The notes: generated by a model from the sequence alone, not told the origin. 64,000 nucleotides of DNA from Dehalococcoidia bacterium (GCA_030612025.1 JAUWOR010000006.1:1-64000), one strand, 5' to 3'. Positions 39,584 to 48,451 are shown, numbered from the stretch's first letter. Translations and numbers: made by a program.

Positions 39584-40192
39584 TTAGTTGGATGATTCAT
39601 GTTCAAGATATGATTGGACTATGAGAGCGGCCTTAGATAGATTCTCTGCGAAATGTCTAGGTTCAATTGGTAGTGTCCCCTCTTCTCTTCCTCCTTTACC
39701 AGTTTTGACCAAAATAGTCACACACCCCATGCTCTCGCCCGCTGCGATGTCAGAAGTTTTGTCGCCGATAAGAAAGCTTTTGGATAAATCAAGTTCGAAA
39801 TCCTTAGCTGCTTCTAATAGCATTCCCGGCGAAGGCTTTGAGCACGGACAAGGGGAAACTGTTGGCGGCAGTTGGTTGGCTTCGAGATGCGGACAAAAGT
39901 AAAAAGCATCAATGTGTCCTCCGGCGTGCTCAACTCTGAATCGAAGCTGCGCATTGAATTGGGACATCTGCTCGCGTGTGAAAATGCCAAGTGCTATTCC
40001 TGCTTGGTTAGATAGAACGATAATATCGAGTGGGAGCGTCGCCAGAAGTCTCAGACCATCAATGGCCTTGGGAATAAACTCAAGCAACTGAACTTGGTGA
40101 GGAAAGTGCGAATCGACGTTGATGGTTCCGTCCCGGTCCAAGAACACCGCACGTCGATAATGTGCATTAGGCTTCGGGGGCCAATCTCTCAT
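39584..40192 (-). CDS. HAD IIIA phosphatase (GmhB / histidinol-phosphatase like), cassette-borne
   Basis: FLDRDGTIN, SNQAGI, CPH...C.KP.PGML, IGDKTSD. Confidence 0.9.
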   Translation of the reverse strand: MRDWPPKPNAHYRRAVFLDRDGTINVDSHFPHQVQLLEFIPKAIDGLRLLATLPLDIIVLSNQAGIALGIFTREQMSQFNAQLRFRVEHAGGHIDAFYFCPHLEANQLPPTVSPCPCSKPSPGMLLEAAKDFELDLSKSFLIGDKTSDIAAGESMGCVTILVKTGKGGREEGTLPIEPRHFAENLSKAALIVQSYLEHESSN

Positions 40193-40718
40193 GTGTCTTA
40201 CTTCCTCCTTTTCTATGAAAGACTACAGTTATCACTATAGCTGCCAAGCCATAGGCTGCTGTAGCAACACTTAGAACTGTGCATCCGGCTTGCTCGATCT
40301 CTGTTAACCAAAGATACAGAAGTGATAGAGCACATACCGCCCACAGCGCCACCAGGAAGAACCCCCGTCGAATTCCAGGCACCTCTTGAGTCTTATAGTA
40401 CGTTTCCCATTCTTTCTCGGGAGGAGTTCCGCACAGACGAGCCAGTTCGGGTTCGATCTCCTCGCGAAGGTATTTTGCCAGAACCTCATGGACCCGATAG
40501 CTGTACAGAATTAGAACCGTGAAGTAGATAGAAACCAGTGGCGCAGCGATAAGAACCATACGAAGGCCAGTCGTAGAGAAAGAAATAGCTACTAAGACAC
40601 CCAAAGCAATAGTTAGTTGGATTGAATATTTATCCCGTTGCTCGATCCGTCTTTTGGTCTCGTCCCGTATATCCTGTCGTAACGTTTCAAAATGAGCTAT
40701 TGCCTTCTCTTCAGTCAT
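40167..40718 (-). CDS. hypothetical 4-TM membrane protein, cassette-borne
   Basis: Two hydrophobic hairpins, charged N-terminal helix; overlaps the next gene. Confidence 0.75.
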   Translation of the reverse strand: MTEEKAIAHFETLRQDIRDETKRRIEQRDKYSIQLTIALGVLVAISFSTTGLRMVLIAAPLVSIYFTVLILYSYRVHEVLAKYLREEIEPELARLCGTPPEKEWETYYKTQEVPGIRRGFFLVALWAVCALSLLYLWLTEIEQAGCTVLSVATAAYGLAAIVITVVFHRKGGSKTHERLAPEA

Positions 40719-40757
40719 TGAGGAATTCCTCGCGTTAGGCTAGCGCTCTAGCATCTG

Positions 40758-40790
40758 GCCAGCATTGCATATAACTCGTGCATAACCGCA
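40758..40790 (-). other. attI-like site / cassette 5' boundary
   Basis: Minus strand gcgGTTATGCacgaGTTATATgcaatgctggc; forms an inverted repeat (15 of 18) with 39566-39583. Confidence 0.7.
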
Positions 40791-40796
40791 CTGCGT

Positions 40797-40871
40797 TTAT
40801 TTTTCATTTAGCTCCATCCTATCCAATGGATTTTGGGGCCCCCGCACCATCTTATTGGAAACATAGGTCAT
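40797..40871 (-). pseudogene. C-terminal remnant of an integron-type tyrosine recombinase
   Basis: TYVSNKMVRGPQNPLDRM resembles the IntI tail YTHVS....I.(S/N)PLD; ends about 10 bp before the attI-like site. Confidence 0.55.
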
Positions 40872-40909
40872 CTTCCCTGCTTCTTTTTTAAGATGATCAT
40901 TTTGCACAA

Positions 40910-40948
40910 TTAGTATATACGAAATTCTCTTTTTGTTCAGTAGCTTAT
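40910..40948. repeat. 39-bp direct repeat, copy 1 (attI-like, core degenerate)
   Basis: ttagtatatacgaaattctctttttgttcagtagcttat; 36 of 39 identical to 45306-45344. Confidence 0.85.
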
Positions 40949-41014
40949 TGCACAGGTATTGGATGCCCTCACTATTTCCATTAAGCACTACAAAAAGTTA
41001 CCTGCTAATTCCAG

Positions 41015-44000
41015 CTATCTTGAAATCTCGATGGTCTCTTTTTCAATATTCGCATAGAGGCTGTCTATCTTCTGTTGAACTTCCATTGTCTTTTTCAAAG
41101 CAGTTACAACCCGGCAGTAATGTTTTACATCCTCAAGAGATACCTCCCGTCCTCTTCTATCCTTAAGCCACTTATCCAAGACCTGGTAACCACCAATTTG
41201 GTATTCCCAGACCTCTTTTTCTATTCCCTCAAAGTATTGATCATTGTTGATGTAAACCCGCATTTCCTTTTCGCTATATCTTGGCCTCTCAACTTTATTA
41301 TCACCACTGCCCTCAAATTTGGCAATTGGGTTATTTAGCTCCGCCGACTTTATCAGATGTAAATCAGCAAGCTTGCTGCCACATTTGCCTATCCTGTTAA
41401 ACAATTCATGGTCTTTAGTAAAAGGCACTCTGGGGAAATCAATTTTCAAAAATTCAGCGTATTTGCTGCGATAGATGTTGGAATAAAGAATGCTATATAT
41501 GTAATAGAATATTTCCTCTGGAGTTGGTTCTTTGCCATAAGCCTCAGCTAAAGATTCGACCAGCTTGAGATTAAGGTTTGGCTTTCTTCTCCGAGCTTCC
41601 TCTTGGTTGAACATATCTCCTTTGCCTAGATAGAGGTAGAGGGGAAAGAGATAGCTAATTTCTCTCGTTTTGTTAGAAACAACGCAAGATTCGACAATAT
41701 TTTCGCAAATAAAAGCATGGTGAAATCCTAGCGTATTTTGTCGGCAGGTCAATAACCCCAAGTTCTCCCTCATCATGTGGTGCATGACTTCTAAAAGGGG
41801 TCTTTCGACAACTATATTTGTATAGTAGATATTTCTCTTATCAAAAGGACGATATGAAATCTGAGTAAAGTATTTGTCCCAATTCTTATCTTTAGAAAGG
41901 GTCTCTCGCGATTTCCTAAACTTAAATGTGCTTGTATCCTTTAATTTGAAAGCCTGTTTAATAAGTTCATCCGGCATTGATAGATTTCTAAACATCACAA
42001 TCTGCCTTTTTAAGACATCCCTATCAAAATCAATTACAAACTTGTCTCGTGCAGTAACAATGCCTACACAATTTATTGGGAAAACATCGGTTATCTTCCA
42101 GAATTTTTCGTAAACATTTCTGTAGGTTTCCGCTCTTGGGACAAAGAAATAATATGGGCTATCTGGTTTTAGTTGTTGCCACTCGATTGTGTTCACATCA
42201 TTCCCCAGAAGCCAATCATATTTATCTTTCTGCAAGCCCCAGAGTTCAGAATGGAAAACTTTCTTCTCTAAGCCCTTTCTTTTAATGAACAGTGAAATGG
42301 CAACTCCTTGTTGGATATCAAAAACATTTTCATCCTTAGAGCCATCAGGACATCTTTCCCTTTTTAGGCTGTTGCCGTGCAAATCCAATAGATAGAGCTC
42401 GTTAAAGCTATTCATCAAAGATTGACGCATTCCCCTAAAGGTCGGGCTATCCAGATAGCTATGATTGGTAATGAATCCCAAAACGCCTTCACCTGCTTGG
42501 TCTATCTTCCACTGGGCAAAGCGAATGAATTTAACATAGTCATCTTGAAGCCACTGTTTTCTCTCACCTAACCACTGGCCATCTATTACCTTATAGTGTT
42601 CTATTAGTTCGCCAATCCAGGTTTTCTGCTTTATTTTCATTTTTCTTCTTGCCTCTTTTGTTTGAGGAATCAATTTATAACAGCCATTTAATTTATCCTC
42701 TTGAATCTGGTAATTAGTTACATATCTGTTCCCCTTCTCAACAGTTACTTTCCTCTCGCTTAAATTTGCTGATATTCCCGAATATGGAGGATTCCCCAGA
42801 ATAACTAGGATGGGCTCTTCCTTCTTTACCTTGCCAGCGAGATGTGATTCCTCAGCCAGGGAAGCCATCCCTGGAAGAACAGTTTGCTCCAGTTCTTCCA
42901 TTTCCAAAGTATTGGTAAGATAGAACTTGAAGCGCTCATCCTCACGGAGCTTATAGCCCAATTCTTCTAATAGCAGTGCCACCTTCAAATGTCCTAAGGC
43001 ATAGGGAGCCATCATTAGCTCGAAGGCGTAAAAGTTCTTCAAGATATGCTCTTTGATAAAGCTCTCCTTTCCTCCCTTCCCATATTTGGCGATAAATTGC
43101 TCTAATGCCAATTTGCTTGCCTCAGCAGGGAAGGTCAGAGTGCCAGCGGCTGGGTCTAAAACAGTGACGGAATTGGAGGCAAATCCATCTGGTCTGTCAA
43201 AGCGCTCTTTGAGGATGATATCTAAGGAACGAACGATATAAGAAACTACTGATTCAGGAGTGTAATAAACGCCCCTTCTTTCCCTTTCCTCAGGATTATA
43301 CTTAGCTAGAAAAGTCTCGTAGGAATAGTAAACAGGGTCTCTTCCTTTTGCTTCATGATAAAACTTGTCTAGAATCTCATTGACATCAGCCACTGCCAGA
43401 ACCTGGGAAATCTCATCCACAATCCATTCCATTTGCTTGGGTAATTCTTCTAGGGAAATGAAGCTAAAAACATCTCGCAGGATACCAATAGTTCGGGGGA
43501 TGTAGTCATAAGCTAGCTTGCGGTTAAAGCCATTTTTACAGCGAGTGCGGGCAGCAAAAAGCCCATAAGTGATAGTCTGAGCATATAAATCGGCAAAACC
43601 ATCTTGGGTCAGCCCGGCAATGAGATATTTCTGAAATGCTTCATAAAATCCAAGAACGGAGCTTCTCTCTTCTTTCAATTCTTCCACAATGACTTGTTCT
43701 TTTAAGAAGCTAGTCCTTTTTGCCAGTTCGACGGCTAAAGACTCTGCTGTATAGGCCTTAGGGAGTGAGAAGGAGAGGAACTTATTTAGCAGATTGAGAA
43801 AACCATCCCTGTTCTCTACAGGAGGTACTGTTTTCAATTGATGAATGATAAAGGGTCTAGCCAGCAAGGCTTTATCAACTAGCCTTCCATTGCGATACAG
43901 GCGAAATTCAAAGAAGTTGGTTAAGATGAGATTGGGAAATGTATGTCTATAGCGCTTTAGCTGTTCACCGTTCTCAATGTAGTCAAGATTTTCTGTGAGA

Positions 44001-44230
44001 GGCTCTTTTGCCTCAATATAACCAACAATGTTTTGCCTCCCATCCCAAACCCTGAAATCAGGGTTGCCTGCCTCAGTCTTCTTGGGCAAGGTGGTGATAT
44101 GAATATGCTTTTTGTTAATAGAATCAGCAAGGGCCCTTAGGAGCTCCTCTAAACTTGAGTAATAGCTTTCCTCCCGAGCATCGCCAGTCTGGGTAACCTC
44201 ATATAATCTCTTAAGGTATGTCTTTAGCAT
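41015..44230 (-). CDS. type IIG / type ISP-like restriction-modification enzyme (nuclease, N6-adenine MTase, specificity domain)
   Basis: N-terminal PD..IEAK, GVYYTP, LDPAAGT, GNPPY, C-terminal DFPRVP and YQIGGYQVLDKWLKDR. Confidence 0.9.
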   Translation of the reverse strand: MLKTYLKRLYEVTQTGDAREESYYSSLEELLRALADSINKKHIHITTLPKKTEAGNPDFRVWDGRQNIVGYIEAKEPLTENLDYIENGEQLKRYRHTFPNLILTNFFEFRLYRNGRLVDKALLARPFIIHQLKTVPPVENRDGFLNLLNKFLSFSLPKAYTAESLAVELAKRTSFLKEQVIVEELKEERSSVLGFYEAFQKYLIAGLTQDGFADLYAQTITYGLFAARTRCKNGFNRKLAYDYIPRTIGILRDVFSFISLEELPKQMEWIVDEISQVLAVADVNEILDKFYHEAKGRDPVYYSYETFLAKYNPEERERRGVYYTPESVVSYIVRSLDIILKERFDRPDGFASNSVTVLDPAAGTLTFPAEASKLALEQFIAKYGKGGKESFIKEHILKNFYAFELMMAPYALGHLKVALLLEELGYKLREDERFKFYLTNTLEMEELEQTVLPGMASLAEESHLAGKVKKEEPILVILGNPPYSGISANLSERKVTVEKGNRYVTNYQIQEDKLNGCYKLIPQTKEARRKMKIKQKTWIGELIEHYKVIDGQWLGERKQWLQDDYVKFIRFAQWKIDQAGEGVLGFITNHSYLDSPTFRGMRQSLMNSFNELYLLDLHGNSLKRERCPDGSKDENVFDIQQGVAISLFIKRKGLEKKVFHSELWGLQKDKYDWLLGNDVNTIEWQQLKPDSPYYFFVPRAETYRNVYEKFWKITDVFPINCVGIVTARDKFVIDFDRDVLKRQIVMFRNLSMPDELIKQAFKLKDTSTFKFRKSRETLSKDKNWDKYFTQISYRPFDKRNIYYTNIVVERPLLEVMHHMMRENLGLLTCRQNTLGFHHAFICENIVESCVVSNKTREISYLFPLYLYLGKGDMFNQEEARRRKPNLNLKLVESLAEAYGKEPTPEEIFYYIYSILYSNIYRSKYAEFLKIDFPRVPFTKDHELFNRIGKCGSKLADLHLIKSAELNNPIAKFEGSGDNKVERPRYSEKEMRVYINNDQYFEGIEKEVWEYQIGGYQVLDKWLKDRRGREVSLEDVKHYCRVVTALKKTMEVQQKIDSLYANIEKETIEISR

Positions 44231-44304
44231 TTTCTGACACTCGAACTCCGACCTTATTCATATTATAATACTTAAAGCTGAAAAAAGCATAAGCAGCTTG
44301 AGAC

Positions 44305-44460
44305 ATGTCTAGCTCAGGACAGAGAACCGGGATTGCCAATTTGCCACTTCACTATGGCAAAGTGCCTCCGTGGCTGTTTGGGCGGATGTGCCAGCTTGCT
44401 CGGGAGATAGCCATTGTCATTGTTGATGAATTTGGAGCTGAGGAGATGCTCCGCCGCTTC
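44305..44460 (+). pseudogene. duplicated 5' fragment of the DUF763 gene
   Basis: About 51 codons nearly identical to 45468-45620, then abrupt divergence. Confidence 0.92.
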
Positions 44461-44497
44461 TTGAACTGTTTTCATCAGCCACCTCCTTTGTTGTCCT

Positions 44498-44622
44498 CAA
44501 TAACATTATAGGATGATAGTCAGCGCAATTTGAGTTTTCGCCAAATGTTCCCGGTGTAAAAGGAGTTCTGCGTAACCAGAATTTCGACGGGGTGAGGCGT
44601 AGTCTTTTATACCATGTTATAC
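44498..44622 (-). other. degenerate integron attC site
   Basis: Minus strand GTATAAC-atggtataaaagactacgcc...GTTATTG, 14 bp after the HEPN stop; followed by an AGGAGG RBS and a truncated MKTVQE start. Confidence 0.5.
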
Positions 44623-44636
44623 AAAAAGTGAGAGCA

Positions 44637-44978
44637 TCATTCTGCTTCTTCCAAAATTCGCAAAACTTTCGGTTTCAGCTCCGGTAAATCCCTTTCCACA
44701 ACTGCCCAGACCCGCTCCAGATTTACACCAAAATATCCATGAATGAGAACATCCCTCATTCCTGCAATCTGCTTCCAAGGGATATTGGGATACTTACTCT
44801 TAAAATCCTCGGGTATGTTCTTTACAGCTTCTCCTACAATTTCCAACCTTCGAATTATAGCATCTTGAGTCCGAATATCCTCCATAAAGTGTGCTTTGCT
44901 CATACCTTGAGAGTATTCCTCTATCCTGTCAGCGCTTTCCTTAATATCTTCGAGGAAAACCCTTATTTCTTTCTTCAT
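44637..44978 (-). CDS. HEPN RNase toxin (DUF86/HepT family)
   Basis: DAIIRRLEIVGEA, IPW..IAGMRDVLIHGY (RX4HXY). Confidence 0.93.
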   Translation of the reverse strand: MKKEIRVFLEDIKESADRIEEYSQGMSKAHFMEDIRTQDAIIRRLEIVGEAVKNIPEDFKSKYPNIPWKQIAGMRDVLIHGYFGVNLERVWAVVERDLPELKPKVLRILEEAE

Positions 44979-45262
44979 ACCACCGACACCTGTTCATTGA
45001 GAATCCGTTCTTTCAATAAAGGATGAATTGTAGAATATTCAACAAGATCAACTTTTCTTCCTAACGCTTCCTCAAGTTCCAACTTCAATGCTACAAGATC
45101 GAGCAAACTTTTCTCTTCGGGCAATTCTACAAGGATATCAATGTCGCTCCCTTCTTTCATCTCCCCCTTCACAAGGGATCCAAATACTGCAGCTTGCACA
45201 ACGCCATGACCCGTCAATATAGGAACTATTTTGCTTCTAACTTCCTCAATGTATTTCTCCAT
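44975..45262 (-). CDS. minimal nucleotidyltransferase antitoxin (MntA family)
   Basis: FGSX10DID motif, LGRKVDLV. Confidence 0.93.
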   Translation of the reverse strand: MEKYIEEVRSKIVPILTGHGVVQAAVFGSLVKGEMKEGSDIDILVELPEEKSLLDLVALKLELEEALGRKVDLVEYSTIHPLLKERILNEQVSVV

Positions 45263-45296
45263 AATTGATCACCATTTCCATCTGATGCCGTCATTT

Positions 45297-45344
45297 CATA
45301 TAACTTTAGTATATACGAAATTCGCTTTTTATTCAGTAGGTTAT
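45297..45344 (-). other. attI-like site including 39-bp direct repeat copy 2
   Basis: Minus strand ttcgtatatactaaaGTTATATg upstream of the MNT gene. Confidence 0.6.
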
Positions 45345-45467
45345 CAGCATATACATATACTTGGGTAGCTGCTCCCTTTCAAAGCCAGCCGCACCTCTGG
45401 CAACTTTTCGTCATGCGGCAAATATCGGTCAAGGTAACGCTGTTGTATAATATCTGTAGAAAAGGAT

Positions 45468-46556
45468 ATGTCCACCTCAACACAAAGAACCGGGATTGCT
45501 AATTTGCCTTTGCACTATGGCAAGGTGCCTCCGTGGCTTTTTGGGCGGATGTCTCAGCTTGCTCGGGAGATTGCCATTGTCATTATTGATGAATTTGGAG
45601 CTGAGGAGATGCTCCGCCGCCTTTCTGACCCTTTCTGGTTTCAAGCTTTTGGCTGTGTCCTGGGCTACGACTGGCATTCCAGCGGCGTTACTACCACTGT
45701 TTGCGGGGCTCTGAAAGAAGGGATGCGAGGCTTAGAAAAAGAACTTGGCCTGTTCGTTGCCGGCGGCAAGGGCAGGACTTCACGAAAAACCCCAGCGGAG
45801 ATAGAAAGCTTTGGGCATCTGCTAAAAGTAAATCCATCGCCTCTAATCTATGCCAGTCGGATGTCAGCCAAGGTAGATAACTCAGCCCTTCAAGACGGCT
45901 ATCAGCTCTATCACCATACTTTCTTCTTTACCAGAGACGGCTCCTGGGCAGTAATTCAGCAGGGCATGAATGAGATTAACCGCTATGCGCGGCGTTATCA
46001 CTGGCTAGGAGAAAAAGTCGTTGATTTTGTTTGTGAGCCTGAGGCAGCTATTTGCTCCCAAGCTAGAGGCGAAGCACTAAACTTGGTAGCATCAGAGAGC
46101 ACACAAGCGCGAAACGTCATCACCGATATTGCTGCTGAGGAAAAGCCGGAGAATATCGTAACCCAATTGAAGAAGCTAAAAACCTTGACTCTGCCCCGGC
46201 GATCTTACATCAGCCTCGAAGACATTCATCCCGACCGACTGAGCAAGCTCTTCACCATCGCTTATGAGCATCAACCAGAAAACTTTGAGTCACTGCTGGG
46301 GCTTGAAGGTATAGGACCAAAGACGCTTCGCGCTTTGAGTCTTATCTCAGAATTGGTTTACGATACACCGGTTAGCCTGCATGACCCGGCAAGCTACAGT
46401 TTTGCCCATGGTGGCAAGGATGGTCATCCCTATCCTGTGGATAGGAAGACTTATGATGCTAGCATCGAATTTCTGGCTCAGGCGGTAGATAAAGCCAAGA
46501 TTGGCGATAAAGAGAAGCTTGATGCCTTCAGACGCCTAAAAGTTTGGACTGTATAA
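45468..46556 (+). CDS. DUF763 domain protein
   Basis: LPLHYGKVPPWL, DWHSSG.TT, AKVDN.ALQDGY.LYHH, AHGGKDG.PYPV. Confidence 0.9.
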   Translation: MSTSTQRTGIANLPLHYGKVPPWLFGRMSQLAREIAIVIIDEFGAEEMLRRLSDPFWFQAFGCVLGYDWHSSGVTTTVCGALKEGMRGLEKELGLFVAGGKGRTSRKTPAEIESFGHLLKVNPSPLIYASRMSAKVDNSALQDGYQLYHHTFFFTRDGSWAVIQQGMNEINRYARRYHWLGEKVVDFVCEPEAAICSQARGEALNLVASESTQARNVITDIAAEEKPENIVTQLKKLKTLTLPRRSYISLEDIHPDRLSKLFTIAYEHQPENFESLLGLEGIGPKTLRALSLISELVYDTPVSLHDPASYSFAHGGKDGHPYPVDRKTYDASIEFLAQAVDKAKIGDKEKLDAFRRLKVWTV

Positions 46557-46582
46557 CTAATAGTGATAACTAAGGTACAGGC

Positions 46583-47005
46583 TTAAAAGTTTAATGATTG
46601 ACGAATAGTTGCTAAATCTCTTTGGAAAAAGCCTTTTACGTCACTATTACTAAAATATTCCTGAACTGGCTTTTCAAGAAATTCTCTTTCTGCGGGGAAG
46701 TGAAGATACCTAGCAATTCTGCTTTGCTCATAAAGTTTCCTAAACGATTGCCACACCTTAAATGAGTAGTTTTCTAAAATCATCTCGGTTCTGTAGTCAT
46801 GATAGCTTCCTTTGTAATTACGAGGTTTGCTTATTTCGGTATGCACGATTTTGGGATTCTGAAAGAAGGCAGCTTCAACATAATGGATAGCAGCGTAAAA
46901 GGTTGCAGTTATAATCCAATCCTTATATTCCAAGCTGGCTAATAGTTGCCGGGCTAGACTTTCATTATGTCGTGCTTGTCGCAAATGAGCTTGTAGAGAT
47001 GCCAT
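46583..47005 (-). CDS. HEPN domain protein
   Basis: HL.QA.HN, W.IT..FYAA.H, H..R, LY..SR.ARY pattern. Confidence 0.7.
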   Translation of the reverse strand: MASLQAHLRQARHNESLARQLLASLEYKDWIITATFYAAIHYVEAAFFQNPKIVHTEISKPRNYKGSYHDYRTEMILENYSFKVWQSFRKLYEQSRIARYLHFPAEREFLEKPVQEYFSNSDVKGFFQRDLATIRQSLNF

Positions 47006-47609
47006 CTAGACTTCTTGACCAAATCAGTTTCACATCTGGATTGAATATCTGAGCTAAAGACTCAAACTCAGTGAGCCTGGGGATATATTCAAAGGAAAGA
47101 GGAACATCCTTAAATTGCAATCGAACATTTCTCTCACTGATGAGAAGCCGATTCATTAATTCGTCGTCATACTTTTCATTCGTTGTTAGTATAAGGAACC
47201 TTTTTCTCTGCAGGTATTCATCGGAATAAATCGAAAACACCTGCTCTATTCCTTCAAAAATGCCTATAACCTTCCGTTCTATGCGAAATTCACTACTCTC
47301 CTCCTCAGCTTTCGTTGAGAACTCAACCCATCTAATAAGTGTACCAGAGTTCAGAGAAAAGACCTCTTCCCACATAGCCTCCAAGGTGGTTACAAGCTGG
47401 CGATCTAATAAATCGATAGCTTTAGAACACTGCTTAACTTTCTCAACCCCGAGATATTGTGTAACCTCTTTGCCAGCAGTAACTTCTTTAAAGGCATTCA
47501 GCAAAATCTCAGAAAACATCTTAAAGGTTGTATTCTCCACATCTTCTCGCCTTAGCCTCCATGGTGTATAAGGCTGGGTAACAGTGGATATAGAAGCAAG
47601 AGCACACAT
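46965..47609 (-). CDS. hypothetical protein
   Basis: ATG at 47609 with GAGGAGG RBS; coupled to both neighbours. Confidence 0.7.
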   Translation of the reverse strand: MCALASISTVTQPYTPWRLRREDVENTTFKMFSEILLNAFKEVTAGKEVTQYLGVEKVKQCSKAIDLLDRQLVTTLEAMWEEVFSLNSGTLIRWVEFSTKAEEESSEFRIERKVIGIFEGIEQVFSIYSDEYLQRKRFLILTTNEKYDDELMNRLLISERNVRLQFKDVPLSFEYIPRLTEFESLAQIFNPDVKLIWSRSLDGISTSSFATSTT

Positions 47610-47611
47610 AC

Positions 47612-48319
47612 TTAATCCTCCTCTGTAAACAAAGACTTTAAATCGCTTTCCACAAAAGTGAAAACTTGGGAACAAAAAGCTGGAATCTGTTCTGCACTAA
47701 AATCATATTTCATCTCTGAGACTGTATTTATATCTGTCTCAATGAGCAAAGCATTAGCTTCTTCTAAGGTTTCTTTACCCTCAGGGCTAAGGCATCTAAA
47801 TCTGTGCCATCTGTTTACCTTAAATTCTCCTAGAGCAAACTTGTGCAAAAAGTTCAGATTAAGTTCGCGCGGATCGACAATCGTTCCTGACTTCAAGAAC
47901 TTTTTCATTAAGAAATCCACGGGGGACTCTTCTGGAAACACAGCTGAGTTTACAACAATCCCCATGCGCTCAACTTTCACTCTAAGTTCTGTTTTTACAG
48001 CCCTAGCAATGTTGGCAAGCTGAGTCAAAAAATCATCTTGCACCTCTTCAAGCTTTTTATTTTCACCTTTCTTCTGTCTTAAAAAAAACTCAAGTCTTTT
48101 AGGGCTTATGTGGCAATGAAACATCTTATTCTTATCCCCAAGGATAATGCGCGGAATTTCAACGGGAGCATCATCAGGTATCGGTAAAATAGTCTGTTCA
48201 CCACTAAACAAGTTTTTTGTAGCTTTGTTTAGATTTTGAGCAACTTCTATTCTGTCAGACAGAGCTATATCGCTGAAAAGAACTACTAAAATTCTTCGGA
48301 TAAAAATTTCCATTGCCAC
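47612..48319 (-). CDS. hypothetical protein, possibly TIGR04255-like
   Basis: ILPIPDDAP.EIPRI, VERMG.V, ETDINT pattern; family recalled, not verified. Confidence 0.6.
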   Translation of the reverse strand: MAMEIFIRRILVVLFSDIALSDRIEVAQNLNKATKNLFSGEQTILPIPDDAPVEIPRIILGDKNKMFHCHISPKRLEFFLRQKKGENKKLEEVQDDFLTQLANIARAVKTELRVKVERMGIVVNSAVFPEESPVDFLMKKFLKSGTIVDPRELNLNFLHKFALGEFKVNRWHRFRCLSPEGKETLEEANALLIETDINTVSEMKYDFSAEQIPAFCSQVFTFVESDLKSLFTEED

Positions 48320-48451
48320 CTCTCTTATATTAGATTCAAACCCCGGCGAAAAGTATCAAACGCCTCATCAATATACGCCAAAAAACACTTCTTGACAATA
48401 GGGGGGACTTTGCACAATCCCGGTAGAACTTTCTTAAACAATCTGGCCTTA

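Noticed and set aside
46551-46582. gtataac/gataac near the DUF763 stop as a possible att site for the third island
   Set aside because: No partner GTT box or palindrome was found at a suitable distance.
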